A stretch of 64,000 bases of DNA from Vitrella brassicaformis CCMP3155. Lineage: Eukaryota > Protista > Chromerida. Under the pieces are notes generated by a model. It made no database searches. It saw nothing but the letters and a program-made list of their open reading frames with translations, and was not told the DNA's origin. The DNA lies in assembly GCA_001179505.1 (NCBI GenBank), contig CDMY01000261.1, positions 1 to 64,000 of the forward strand, written 5' to 3'. Numbering within the stretch: the first letter of the stretch is position 1; each line of letters opens with the position of its first letter. This document shows, in pieces, positions 1 through 12,246 of the stretch. Made by a program: the position numbers and the translations under genes.

Positions 1-24
1 GTCTGTCTGTCTGTCTGTGTGCAG

Positions 25-140
25 GACGTGTCGACGGCGAGTGCCCCGGGGGAATGAAATGCTATGACGAGACGAGCTGTGGCGTCCGCCGCCTCGACGA
101 GACCAAGTCGGTGCCGCATCGTGAGCTCCAGGGTAAGTAA
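25..140 (+). CDS. 3' fragment of a gene running in from upstream; Cys-rich exon (GRVDGECPGGMKCYDETSCGVRRLDETKSVPHRELQ)
   Basis: Acceptor (GTCT)n..GCAG at 21-24; only one frame is open across the exon; donor G|GTAAGT at 133, or stop TAA at 138-140 if unspliced. Function unknown. Confidence 0.4.
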
Positions 141-1154
141 GACCACCCATCCATTCGTCCGTCCGTCTATTGATCGATCCATCCATCTATCATCCGGCCA
201 TAATGAAGGAATGGCATATATACGTATGTGCATGGGTCCATCCATCCGTACAATCCATTCGCTTATGTCCCTCTGTTGTGGGGATACTTTTCTTCAGAAA
301 TATGAGGTGGGATGCATTGGTGGCGGCAGCTGTGGACATCGCTGCTGTGGCAGCTGCTGATCCGAGCAGTTATGTGATGGCACACATTCTTCCATGGGGA
401 CGGCAGTAGAGAGGGAGGCGTCAGACGGACAGACAGACAGTTTGGTGCAAGTGAGGGATGACAGGCGCATGTATGTGTGTATGCCGTGGTTTGGTTGGCG
501 AGACGGGCCAGCACTTTTTGCATTGGCCTTTGGCGCGCTGCGCTCTTTTGTCCTGCTTTTTGCTCTCTGCTGTGTGTCTGTATGTGTGTGTGTGTGTGTG
601 TGTGGATGTAGTGCATGCAAGGGTACTGCCAGGTATGTGAAAAAGGTGGGTGGACCGCACGTCATGCGTGCGTGAGAAGAGGGTTTTGTGGGGCTTGAAA
701 CCCTAAACCCTGCAAAACTTCGAAGCAGCGCGTGGTGCATCGGGCGTACATCAGGCGGGATATCCAGTAGTTGGCCCTGGACGAACGCGTCAGACCTCTG
801 ATCTTTTGTTGGATGGACGAGATCTGTGGCTGAGTAGATGAGTGCGCGATGCTAACACCACCATCCGGGTGACCTTTGGAGGTGTGAGTGAGTGAGTCAT
901 TCATTGTTTGATGCATGGATTCCCTTCGTGCTGTCAGGCTGGTCGACGGGTGCTGCGCATCTCTCCAACCAGCTCTCTGATCCGCCAGCTGCGCGGCCAA
1001 CTGCCTGAACCACCGTGCACCAGAGGCAAGCCGGCCATCCTTCCTTTCCACAGACTCACTCTCTGCTCTATGTATCTCAGGCTGCCCCCTCATCGAAATC
1101 CATCCATCCATCCAGCCAGCCATTACCCGCACCGGCCCGTCGCCTGACTGATCC

Positions 1155-4100
1155 ATGTCACTGTTGGCTGTGCGGGAGTACTGGAGCACCTCGTGTGGCG
1201 ATGGCTCAGAGGAGTTCGACGCGGGCTGCATGTGCATCGCAAACGTCGACAACCACCACAGTGGACAGCGTGAGCGTCACGCACACACACACACACACAC
1301 ACACAGACACACGCGCGCGCACAGACAGACACGCACACAACCGCCATCCATCCATCCATCCATTCTCTCTCACTCACTCTCTGCCTGCTGTGCTGCTTCC
1401 GTCCTTGCCTGATCAGTCAAGGTGTGTGTGGGCAGCTACGAGGGCTGCCTGCGCATATATCTGCCTCGCGGCCGGGGCTACACAGTGGAGGACCTGGTGC
1501 TCGAGCAGCACCTCGATATGCCCATACTGCAACTCGCTGCCGGCAGGTTCATCAGGTGAGGCGGCCCCGCCGAGCCAAACACCTGCACCCCACTCAGCCA
1601 CCGACCATGCCATGTGTGCGTGTGCTTGTGCATGTGTGTGTCCTCACTGCAGTGGCATTCGCGACGTGGCCTTGGCGGTGCTCCACCCGCACAGGCTGCG
1701 CGTGTACGTGGTGTCGGGTGTCAGCGGCCATGACGACGGCCATGGCCATGCCGATGGCGGCGCGGCGGTGTCCTACTACTCCTTGGCGGTTGCTTATGAG
1801 CACGCCCTGACGCGGCCTGCGTACAACATGTGCTACGGGCCCTTCGGAGGGGCCAGGGGTGAGTGAGCAACCTGATGGATGGATGCATGGATGGATGGCT
1901 TCCGTGGCATGTGTTGTGTGTCTAACAAAATGTGTGGATGCGTGGATATATGTGTCAGACAGGGACCTGCTGTGCGTGCAGTCGCTCGACGGTCTGTTGA
2001 CCTTCTATGAACAGGTAGGTCAGTGAGCCAGCGAAGCAAGGAGAGAGAGCGGGGGGCGCGTGTGTCATCTGCATCTGCCTGTGTGTTACGGATGGCGGTC
2101 AGGAGGGTTTCGGTTTCGGCCGCATGCTGCCAGCGAGCTATCTCGTCCCGGGGCCCCTCGTCTACTCGCCCAGCAGCGACTCGTTCATCACCGCAAACGC
2201 AAACCTCCACGTGGAAGCATTCAAGTAACCAACCTACCCATAGCAGCCCCCACCCAAATGTCCATCCACCGCACCGGTGCACTCTCTCTCCTCGTTTCGT
2301 CTCGTCTTGTTTCGTCTTGTGTGTGCAGGTATTCGGTGTTGGGTGCTGCTGCTAGTGCTGACAGCGACCTCCGGCCCCCAGGCGATGACTCGGAGGCGGC
2401 GGAAAGGGCGAAAGCCGTGCCGAGGAAGAAGCTGCAGGTCAGGAGGGAATCCTGGAGAGAGAGGCACCGGTACGTCTGTATGTGTGTGTGTGTGTGTGTG
2501 TCAGGTGGACTGGTCGGTGAACGTCGGCGAGGTTGTCCGTCACATTGAGGTGTCGCGCTTCAGCAAGGACCTGCCAAGCAGCAGGAGGGAGATACTCGTT
2601 CTTGGTAAGTTTCCATGTGTGTGTGCATCGCTCCCTCCCTCTGCGTGTCCTGCTCATCGATTCGATCACGACTTGTGTGGTGTGTGTGTCAGGCGAGCAG
2701 ACGCTGTATGTGCTCAAGGACGACGGCGCGGTGCTGACGCAGCGCCGCATGACGGAGTACCCAATGGCCACAGCGGCGTGCTATCCCCTCCCGACACCAG
2801 ATGGTACGTCACGTCAGCTACCGTGGCTGGCTACTCACACAAGCCCCTCCACCCACACCACACCCTATATCTATCAGACGGTGGTCTGGACGCCTTGCCA
2901 GTGCACAACCTGCTGCTGGGCACCACGACGGGTCACGTGCTGGTCTTCCGCATGGCCGACGGCCAGCTTGTGTGGGCGGCCAAGCTGCCCAACCAGATAG
3001 TCCCAGTGCAGATGGCCGTCGCGCAGCTGGGGCCGGTCCCAGGCATGATCGTCGTGCTTGACGACGCTGGCCAGCTCACGGTGGGAGGGAGGGAGGGAGG
3101 GAGGGTGCGTGGGGTGGTGGGTGATGCACACACACACGATGCATCGGAGAGGGACATGATGCTGTGTGTGTGCAGGTGACATATTTGGGCACAGAGCCGC
3201 CTACGTCCGCTCTCGTCAACACTGAGATGAGGCAGCTGGACTATGCAGAGATGGAGGTGCGTCTCCGGGGTGGCCGGGCTGGATGGCCGTCGGCCACACA
3301 CGTCCTCTCCTCCCTGTGTGTGTCAGCGCGAGCAGCAGGAGCTCCTGCAGATCATCCGACAGACCCACAAAGGTGAGCGGACAACACACACACGTTCACC
3401 CCTGCCACCATCTGTCTGTGCGTGTGTGTGTGTGTGTGTGCAGCGGGACCCCCCGAGCCGTTCGACCGCCTCGTTGTCACACCAAGAGTGCCCGAGCACC
3501 TCGACCAACGGGCAAGCGGGAAGACAGTATCCGCACACCCACACACGCACCGGCTGATTTATGTGTATCTACGCACACACAGGGGCCTGGCAGCGATGAA
3601 GACACCGAAGACGACGACACTCTGGCGCGCGACGAGGGCGACCTCGTGCAGGTGACGGTGTGTGTGGATGTCTTGCTGGACGACCCGAGCGGCAGCACTT
3701 ACACCGACGGCCTCCACAACATCACCTCATCCATCGACAACGTCGCGCAGGACGGCGTCACCATCGCCTTCAAGACGCCGCCGGCAGTGGTGCCGCAGCG
3801 CCCATCAATCAACATACGCGCCATCAGTCAGTCGGGGGACGGGCACCAGAGAGGAAGACACATGTTGGTAGTATCCCTGCTTATGTGTGTGTGTGTGGTG
3901 TGTGTGTGTAGAGCCGAATGAGCCAGTGACTGCGAGGATGGAGTTTCGCGTGAGGAGGGATCTGCTGGTGCCCAACCTGGAAGGTCAGCTCAACCAACAC
4001 ACAAACAACACACTCGACAAGGCATGCCATGCGCGAAGCTGCGCCAACGAACGCGTTCGTTCAGTGGTGGTGTCCGCCTGTATGGTGACCCTCCGCGGCC

Positions 4101-6543
4101 AGCCAAGGACGGCAGTGGCACACTGCAGGCTGCCCTTCATGCTCGTAATGAAGTCACCGCACAGACCCCATCCATCCATCCATCTATCCATTCATCCATT
4201 CATTCATTCACCCGTGTCTGTCTGCAGGCGGCCGAGTTGACGCAGCCCGTTCATTCGGCGGTGTACAAGCTGGTCTTCGACTGCCCCTCCCCGCCCTCAT
4301 CCCTCCTGGCCCTCTTCGACGACATGACATACCCACAACCCCCCGCAAGCAATGGCTGGGAGCTACCGCAGGAAGTGCAAGGTAAGATAGGTGCGGACAC
4401 ACAACACATTGGTGTCCTGTCCCGCGCTATGTTATGTGTGCCTGACCTGATGTGTGTGCGGGGCGGGACACAGGGTCGTTGAATCCCCACATAGTGTCTT
4501 TTCGGTTTCGCGGTGGCGGCGAGGGGACAGTGCTGCTGGCCAAGAGCGGCAGGATCGCCATACAGACGTCGGAGTTCGCCCAGCTCGGGTTGGTGGAGTG
4601 GAAGGGTGGGGGGCCCCTGGGGGGTACGGTACACTCCACACACATTCCAATCGCACTCAGGCAGGTCCGTTCCATGCTGCTTGCAGGCTGCTGCTGTATG
4701 AGCTAGAGAGGCGACTGCAGAACCTGAGAGCGCAGGAAACAGGTGCCACATAGGCACACACACAAGGAGCACACAAGGATGTCGATCGAACACACCTGCA
4801 CGTGTCGTGCGGCCGGCTTGCCAGGTTCCGCGAGCGGGGTCCTGTCGTTTCGCGACCCGCTGCCGCTCCACGACTACTTCATACTGCTAGACGACCATTT
4901 CGCGGTAAGGATGAGAGGATGAGTAGTGAGGACCGACCGCCACGGCGGTCATCCATCATGTGGCATGATGCCCACACTGGCTGCAGCTGCGGTGCCATTT
5001 GAGAGACCTCCGAAAGGAACTAGAGGATCGCACACAGCAATACAGGTAGGCAGCCGCAGAGGGAGGGACGGACCAACGCACTCAGGCAGGCAGGCAGGCG
5101 CAGACTCCTTGGTGTGTGTGTGTGTGTGTGGGTTGGTGGGATGTGGTGACTGCATGTTGCAGGGCTGTTGAGAAGCGCCTTCTTGTCCGCTTCCGTGATC
5201 GCAACCCGTCGCCCCTCCAGCACCTAGACTTCCTTCTCAACGTGTCCTACCAACAGGTATGGACCTACCTGCACACGCCAGAGAGAAAGGACACACGTGG
5301 CTGGCTATGCTATGAGCCCATTCAGTTTGTGTGTGTGGTGTGTGGTGGTTCAGGTGTGCACCGTGTGTGACGGCATAGTCGAGGCCGAGAAGGCCCTCAT
5401 GGCGGTGGCGCAGCACCTCACCGCAGCCACGCATCTCATCACCAGACTCACCAAGTGAGCAGCCACACACACACGAAGACACGTGTGAATGATGGATGGA
5501 TGGATGGATGGTCAGGTATCGCTTCGGCTTGGACGATCGCACGAGCGGCAGTTTGTGTGAGGCCTTCAGCACGGGCATCGCCATAGAGGACACGGCCAGC
5601 TGTGGGTGGGAGGAGCGGTGTGAGGCGGCCATGCACCACCTACTCAAGACGTGCCTCTCGACCAAGGACAAAGAGCGAGATAGGGACCGGTACGCCAAGG
5701 AAGGAAATCGGTCGACCTGCTGTGTGACGTCAAGAATTTGTGTCTGTGTGCGCATCATTCGTTATTCGTCAGATCTGTTGGCGAGTTATCGATGCCCGAG
5801 GACGTGGGCAGGCTCAAGAAGCGGATAACGTCCGTCATCGACCGGCTATCGCAAGGAGGTACGCATGGCATGACGCAACCACCCCCNNNNNNNNNNNNNN
5901 NNNNNNNNNNNNNNNNNNNNNNNNNNNNNNNNNNNNNNNNNNNNNNNNNNNNNNNNNNNNNNNNNNNNNNNNNNNNNNNNNNNNNNNNNNNNNNNNNNNN
6001 NNNNNNNNNNNNNNNNNNNNNNNNNNNNNNNNNNNNNNNNNNNNNNNNNNNNNNNNNNNNNNNNNNNNNNNNNNNNNNNNNNNNNNNNNNNNNNNNNNNN
6101 NNNNNNNNNNNNNNNNNNNNNNNNNNNNNNNNNNNNNNNNNNNNNNNNNNNNNNNNNNNNNNNNNNNNNNNNNNNNNNNNNNNNNNCCCCCCCCCCCCCA
6201 CACACACACACTCCTGCAGAGCCATCAAAATGCCTTTCAATGTCCCCTGCCTGCAGTGTCGCTGCACTCTGACCTGGACCCCTCGGCCCCCGCCCTCGCC
6301 TCCCGCCCCTCGATTACACATCAGAATACGGATGCACCATCCGTCACCGCTCCCCCTCCCTCCCAGCCGGCGGTGACGCAGCAGCAGCATGCGGAGCGGC
6401 CCAGTGACAACGGCGGAGGCAGCAGCAGCAGCAACAAGGTGGCTGTGTCATCCCACCATCACCAGCTGCCGCCGGTGATAGAGGGGCAAGACGAGGGGGA
6501 GAGCATGACGAATGGGGTGGGCGTGCTTGGGTGGGAGGGATAG
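1155..6543 (+). CDS. BBS9: Bardet-Biedl syndrome 9 (PTHB1) BBSome subunit, multi-exon; last exon lies beyond an assembly gap
   Basis: Spliced translation MSLLAVREYWSTSCGDGSEEFDAGCMCIANVDN / KVCVGSYEGCLRIY / LAVLHPHRLRVY / YEHALTRPAYNMCYGPFGG / RDLLCVQSLDGLLTFYEQ / VTYLGTEPP / RLKKRITSVIDRLSQG matches the recognisable PTHB1 N- and C-terminal motifs; canonical GT-AG junctions. Confidence 0.93.
5887..6186. other. Assembly gap (300 N) flanked by poly-C
   Basis: Run of N directly visible. Confidence 0.99.
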
Positions 6544-6824
6544 CATAGCCATGTGTGTTGTGTGTGTATACGGACGGCCTGTGTGACTCTGTAGATGTTT
6601 GTGTGTGTGTGTGTGTGTGGATGGACGGATCGATTCGATGGCACATACATGGATTATATCACCCGCTCAGCGCAGCGCTGTCTGTGTATCCCACAACGAG
6701 AAGGACACGTAGACATGCACACACAAAAGTCGACATGGACGCGGGCACAGAGAGACCAGCATAGCAATGTCTCTACCAACACGGCACAACACAAGACAGA
6801 CAAGACAGCATGACACGGTGGTCG

Positions 6825-8019
6825 TCAGCTTTGGTTGACGATCCTGAGGGCGTCTTGCAGTGCCTTCGTATACGAATTCAGCGCACCCACTATCTCGTCG
6901 TCGGCAGACTCGCGCGTCTGCACCCACACACAAACCCCTTTTTAAAGCCTCACAGTCGCAGAACTAACTCCACCACCGGACCCACCTCACCTGGCTTTCG
7001 ACGACCATAGAGTTTCTAAGTGCCGACATCTCCTCCAGCACAAAGTTTTGGAACTTTTCGTCGCCCTTGAGTCGGTCCTTCTTGACATCCTTGAGGGCCT
7101 CTCTCAGTGTGTGATAGTGCTGCTCCCGCACACTCTGCAGATGGCGGACGCACCAGGGAGCAGAGCGAGGAGAGAGAGACACACAAATACTTAAATGTGT
7201 GGAGGGGTGTCTGGTCTGCGTCTCGTCGTTTCTTCTCTCGTTGGTACTGACTTTGTCTTGGTCCATCTGTGCCTCGGTGTTGTACTCGAGGTCCCCTATC
7301 CTCTTGGCAAAGACCGCCTCCCTCTCCTGACGCGATGACCGCTCGCTCTCAAAGACGTTCTGACGATCGAGTGCCGGACAAACCAATCCAAACACACCTC
7401 TGCATGTGTGTGTGCGTGTGTGTGTGTGTGTGTGTGTGCAGCACAGCATACCTACCTACCTTCAGATCAGCGAGGTCCTTTGCCACCGTGGAGTTCTGCT
7501 GCTGCACGGCGCTGTCGTACTTTTCCTTCTCTTCGGTGAGGTCCCTCTCGACGGTGGTGACCCTGTTGCCCAGCTCTTCGATGGACCGGTGCAGCGCATC
7601 CGTCCTCTCTGATATGACCGACCGCAGCTGGTCCTCCACCGCCTTAAGCTGGCTTTCAAACAGCTGCGTCAGTCAGCAGCCAACAAACAAGCAGACAGAC
7701 AAACATCCAGTCCCCGTCTGAGTGTGTGTCCGCCTGTCTGTCTGTGACTGTCTGTCTGCCACACACACACAGACACACACAGACCTACCTGTTGCATGGC
7801 CTTGTTTGACTCGACTCTCCTTTTGATCTCGGCGTTGAGGGTCTTCTCAAGCTTTGCAATCCCTTCCTTGAGCGTGGTCAGTCGGCTCTCTTCCGTCTCC
7901 CTCCGCTGCTTCGTCTCAGCCTCAAGCTGCTTCTCGAACCCGCTGAACCGGTCCTGCAGCACCGCCAGGCGGGACTTGGTGGACGGGCTGCCCGCCGTCT
8001 GATCCAGGGGCACCGCCAT
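6825..8019 (-). CDS. SFA: Striated fiber assemblin (SF-assemblin/beta-giardin family), 5 exons
   Basis: Coiled-coil translation MAVPLDQ..LQDRFSGFEKQLEAETKQRRETEESRL..LEKTLNAEIKRRVESNKAMQ..REQ..TRESADDEIVGALNSYTKALQDALRIVNQS*; the C-terminal 'RE..DDEI..ALN.YT..LQ..LRIV' motif is typical of alveolate SFA. Confidence 0.9.
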
Positions 8020-8172
8020 GCTCGTTGAGAGAAGCAGAGAGGGAAGGTTAAGGGGCGGGCGGGGGCGGGGCTTGGCTGCGGAGACGGTGGCCTTTGCTGT
8101 GCTGGCGCTCTGCTGTTGTGCTGGCTGAAGGCGAGGCTCTGCCTTGTGGCTTTCGCTCTGGAAACGAAGAAA

Positions 8173-8180
8173 TGCGAGCT
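8173..8180 (+). promoter_or_regulatory. TGCGAGCT motif upstream of SFA
   Basis: Same 8-mer seen near several other start codons. Confidence 0.45.
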
Positions 8181-8211
8181 CCCGTGTTGGGGCCCCAAGA
8201 GATGCGATCTA

Positions 8212-8829
8212 CTACCTTATACCGCTCACCTGGTGCTTTCGTGCTCCTGAATCTGGCGCAGATTCACCTTTTCGACACGCCCCACCAGCTGAAAGAGTGC
8301 CGTCTCCATCTTTGCCGTCTCCATTCACCGCTTGCGTCCCAATCGTTCTGTCGGCCAGATTGTCGTTGGATATATCGGAGTCAGGTGGCAGGCTAGACGC
8401 TACAGGGGACCCCAGGGAGTTGTTGAACGTGTTGGCTCGCCCCTTTTCGCCATTGCCATCTTCAGCGTCTGCCAGTGCTTCTGCTGGGGGCTCTCCGTCT
8501 CCTTCGAGGTCCCGTGTGAGGGCGGTGTGTAGTCGGATGTAGTCGTGTAATGGCAACGCATAGGAGGCGGGGATGAGGCCAGCAGTGTCTCCACTCATGC
8601 CATGGCCCCCACCACCTCGTTCTCTCTCCTCATAGACATTCGCCTTGAGCCACACGGCTTCATCATCACCTGAAGAGAAGCCGATGGTGTCGTGTACTTG
8701 GATCATTTGGCCCTCCTGGACGGTCAGGGGCGGCAGTGAGGCAGTCCAGTTGGTTGACACAAGGGGCGGAGGGAAGTCAAACGCGGCGACCATCAGTACC
8801 TTGCCTCCTGCAGTGGCAGAGAGCGACAT
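8212..8829 (-). CDS. Degenerate SH3-domain protein (possibly spliced onto SF-assemblin)
   Basis: MSLSATAGGKVLMVAAFDF..LTVQEGQMIQVHD..WLKANV..AGLIPASYA follows the SH3 pattern ALYDY..L.F..GD.I.V..W..G.FP..YV, then a low-complexity tail. Confidence 0.6.
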   Translation of the reverse strand: MSLSATAGGKVLMVAAFDFPPPLVSTNWTASLPPLTVQEGQMIQVHDTIGFSSGDDEAVWLKANVYEERERGGGGHGMSGDTAGLIPASYALPLHDYIRLHTALTRDLEGDGEPPAEALADAEDGNGEKGRANTFNNSLGSPVASSLPPDSDISNDNLADRTIGTQAVNGDGKDGDGTLSAGGACRKGESAPDSGARKHQVSGIR

Positions 8830-8961
8830 GCCGACGTACGGCGGTAGAGTGGCGATGGATGAATGAATGGCTGTGAGGCGGTCTGAGTGACGCGGGGGGG
8901 GGGGGATTGGCACGACGGATCGATTGGCGAGATTGCGAGGTTTTAACAACGAGCAGACCCG

Positions 8962-11385
8962 TCAGCTCGTGCTGTCTCGTTCGGTGTCTCTCTTCTGCTC
9001 TGTTGTCTCTTCCTGCTCAACCAACTCCTCCTCTATCGCCGCCTCATCTGCTCCCTCTCCCTCTCCCTCTCCCTCCCCTTTTATCTCATCTGACCCACTG
9101 CCACTATCACGCCCCTCCTCAGCACTCAGGTCCATTAGCTCTATTTCGGGAAAGTACACCGAGCCCGTCTTCCCTCCCCCCTCGCCATCTCGCCTCCCAA
9201 ACATGTGCTGCAGATCATGCTCAGCCTCACCACCTGAGTGAAGCAGATCCACCGTCCTGGTCTGGAAACCTTCCTCCGCACTGTAGGTGTGCACAAACAC
9301 TTCGCCAGTCCGCAGTGGGGAAGCAGAGGAGGCGCCTTGCGGCTGCTGCTCGGGGTGTGGGACCTGGTGCAGGTGTGCCGCCTTTCTGGGTTGCCGTCCA
9401 TCTAGGTTCCATGTGAGGAATCGATGAATGTCGCGCCATGGGTTGTCGTCGGGGGTCATGTCGGGGCTGTCCGGAGGGGGTGCGTCACGCTGGGCTGCAC
9501 ACATAACATACACACACACATAGATAGACGGATGGATGGATGCGTCAGGGTATATGAGATGGATGGTCGATAAGCTTGTCTGGTCTATTCTGTGCTGTTT
9601 GTTGTGGACTCACACACCGATAGCTTCGTATGCTGCCTGCAGGACGGTCAGACGGTCGTATCTCAGCCCCTGTGGACAGACACACATGAGGGAGTGCAGT
9701 GCACGTGACTGACGTGCACGTCGACCGCCGCGTGTGTGGTGAAGTGGCCTACTCGCATGAAGGCCTTGCGGTTCTTGAGGATGAGCCCCTCACACTGAAT
9801 GTCATGTGAATGACAGGACTCGGTCCACGCACAAACAAGATGGGAGCTGAGTGCCAGGCCCGTGTTGGAAGGCTGCGTCGGTCCGTTACCTTTGAGAAGA
9901 CCTCCGTGTCATAGATGTCCAGCTGCACAGACAACACACACACACAACATGCAATCCACACCACCACACCCACCCATCCACCATTCAGCCACCCCCACCA
10001 CCCCCTCATGTCTGCCCTCACTCACCTTGCGCAGCGCTCCAATCGTCATGACAATCGCGTCCCTGCCAGACATTCATACAGCAATCGTCGCACCCGCGAT
10101 GGCTGGGCCCTCCAGCCATGACCCTCTCACCCTCTCAAGCTTTCACCGACCTGTCGAATCTGATCTTCCTGGGCAGGTCGCTGACTACGTCTTGCGCCAG
10201 CTGTGCGGCACCCGCAGTCCAGGATGAGCGCGGCAGACGGGCCAGCAGGGACAGTAGGAGGGCGAAATCGTAGAAAGTGATGTCGTCAGCTCGCTGCCTG
10301 TGTCTGCGGGAGGAGAGAGCCGGTATGAGGTGGTGGTGCAGGAATTTAGCGTCGAAGTGATTCAGCATCATTAACCCGCGCAGGATCTGACACACGTTCA
10401 CACATTTGTAAACACGCACAGACCAACGCCGTGTGCGTTACTTACAGCCGTCCGTCCGTCCGTCTCACCTACCTGGAGGTATGATTTGAAGCTGAGCGGT
10501 CCCATGATGCTCCTGAAGCCCCGGATGATGCCGTCGATCAGCTGCCGGTCGTCACGCACCTCACCCCGACGGCTGCATGCACTGCACACACACCCACCCA
10601 GACACAGACAGACAGACAGACAGACACCCACCCTCGTGCATGGCATGGCAGACAGCATATATGTAATTGGCGCCAGTGTGCGCACCGCACTTACAGCTGT
10701 TTATGGATCTGTGCGAGCCCCACGAAGAAGTTCTTGAGCTCCACAGCGCCGAACTGCCGCAGCCGCCCCTGCACATGCCGCGTGAGGGCATCGAAGAAAC
10801 TTCTCTCGTACAGGCTCAACCTGATGGACCAGCCACGTAGACAGACGCACATAGCATAGCGCCCGTCCATAACATCCAGCCATTTCTGCACGTCCATTGA
10901 CTGACGCGGTGTGTCTCTCTGTTTTCATTGGTGGGTGGTTCCCCACCCGGCGAATGCGGTGCATACGTTGGCCAGCTTCGGTGGTGTCAGGTCCCGGAAA
11001 TACGGAGGCAGCGCATCTGAAGCACACGACAGACAGACAGCACACCACACACAACATCACATCATCGCTCCACTTGGTGGGTCCCTTGGCCGCCCGCCCG
11101 CCCGTTCATCGCTCACGTGCCACAAAGTAGAAGAGGTCGTGGTTGACCACATGCCTGCATAGCATAGCATTCACATGGAGAGAGAGAGAAAGAGCGACTT
11201 TTGCCCACTTGTCCGTCCCACAATATGGACCCCCATCATTTCATTCATGGACCCAGACAGGCCTGAGATGCTTACGTCTTTGCGAATGCGTGTGCGATGT
11301 CGGCGAGGTCTTTTGGTCGGAAGTCCGTTCGCCTCTCGTAGATCTTCGGCACCAGACGATGAAACAAACGACTGACGCACACACA

Positions 11386-11424
<39 letters not shown>

Positions 11425-12220
11425 GCGGCACACAGACAGTGATATGCCCGCTTGTCCGTCCCATCCACCGTGGGTGCTGCAATGCAATGCGGTGGAGACC
11501 ACCACGACCGTCCGCATTTACCTGTCTGCGAACTGGAATATGCCGGCCGAGTAGATGATGCGTGTGAGGTCCATGGCAGACAGCTCCAGGTGAGGATCCT
11601 CGTCAAGCTGCAGACAGACCGCCACACGCACCCCCACCGCGGCTCACATAGTGTGTGCATCCTTCGTATACCATTACCAGAGCCATCAGTCGGTTGGCGA
11701 GCTTCGTGAAGAGGTTGAAGTCGAGCAGACGCCGATAGGAATACGCTCTCAACAGCAGTGCAACGTCGGGCGCATCGAACTGGTCAGCTGTCCGCAGCGC
11801 TCGAGCAGATATCGCCTCCCACACCTCCTTGTCAAAGTTGCCTGCACTCACCCGTGCACGCACACACACACACACACGCACACCAGCAGTTCAAGGACGC
11901 CCTCGCCTCATCAGTCAAATCATCCACCAGGGGTGCCCACCGCGTTTGACGGCCAATTTCGCCACTCTTGCCAGTTCCTTGGGCGGCAATTCATGGATCC
12001 TGCCGCACGACTGAGCCATGAGCATGTCTGCTGTGGGCTGCCTGACCAGCGGCTCGTGCTGCACAGGCGGGGGGATGGGGTTGAGCAGAGGCCCGCGGCG
12101 CCGTATGAAGGGCTGTGATGCTGCTGCAGGCTGTGCAGCCAGAGAGGAGACGCTGCGCAAGGGGTGGATCACAGATCGGCGAATGAGTGGCGCTTGTGGA
12201 ATTGGCAACGACATGGGCAT
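8962..12220 (-). CDS. Helical-repeat (HPR/OPR-like) organellar RNA-binding protein, multi-exon
   Basis: Exons encode repeats such as ELPPKELARVAKLAVK, FDAPDVALLLRAYSY, LSAMDLTRIIYSAG, FRPKDLADIAHAFAK, LTPPKLANVCTAFA, FGAVELKNFFVGLAQ; N-terminus resembles a transit peptide; acidic last exon ends at TGA 8962. Confidence 0.72.
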
Positions 12221-12246
12221 GACCAGGGCACCCTCTTCATGCGCAG

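Noticed and set aside
612-619. TGCATGCA (known apicomplexan motif) as a specific regulatory site
   Set aside because: TGCATG-like words are scattered through introns and intergenic DNA with no positional pattern I could see.
8212-12220. HPR protein fused to the SH3 domain
   Set aside because: The last HPR exon ends at a TGA (8962) before the SH3 ORF and no convincing bypassing splice was found.
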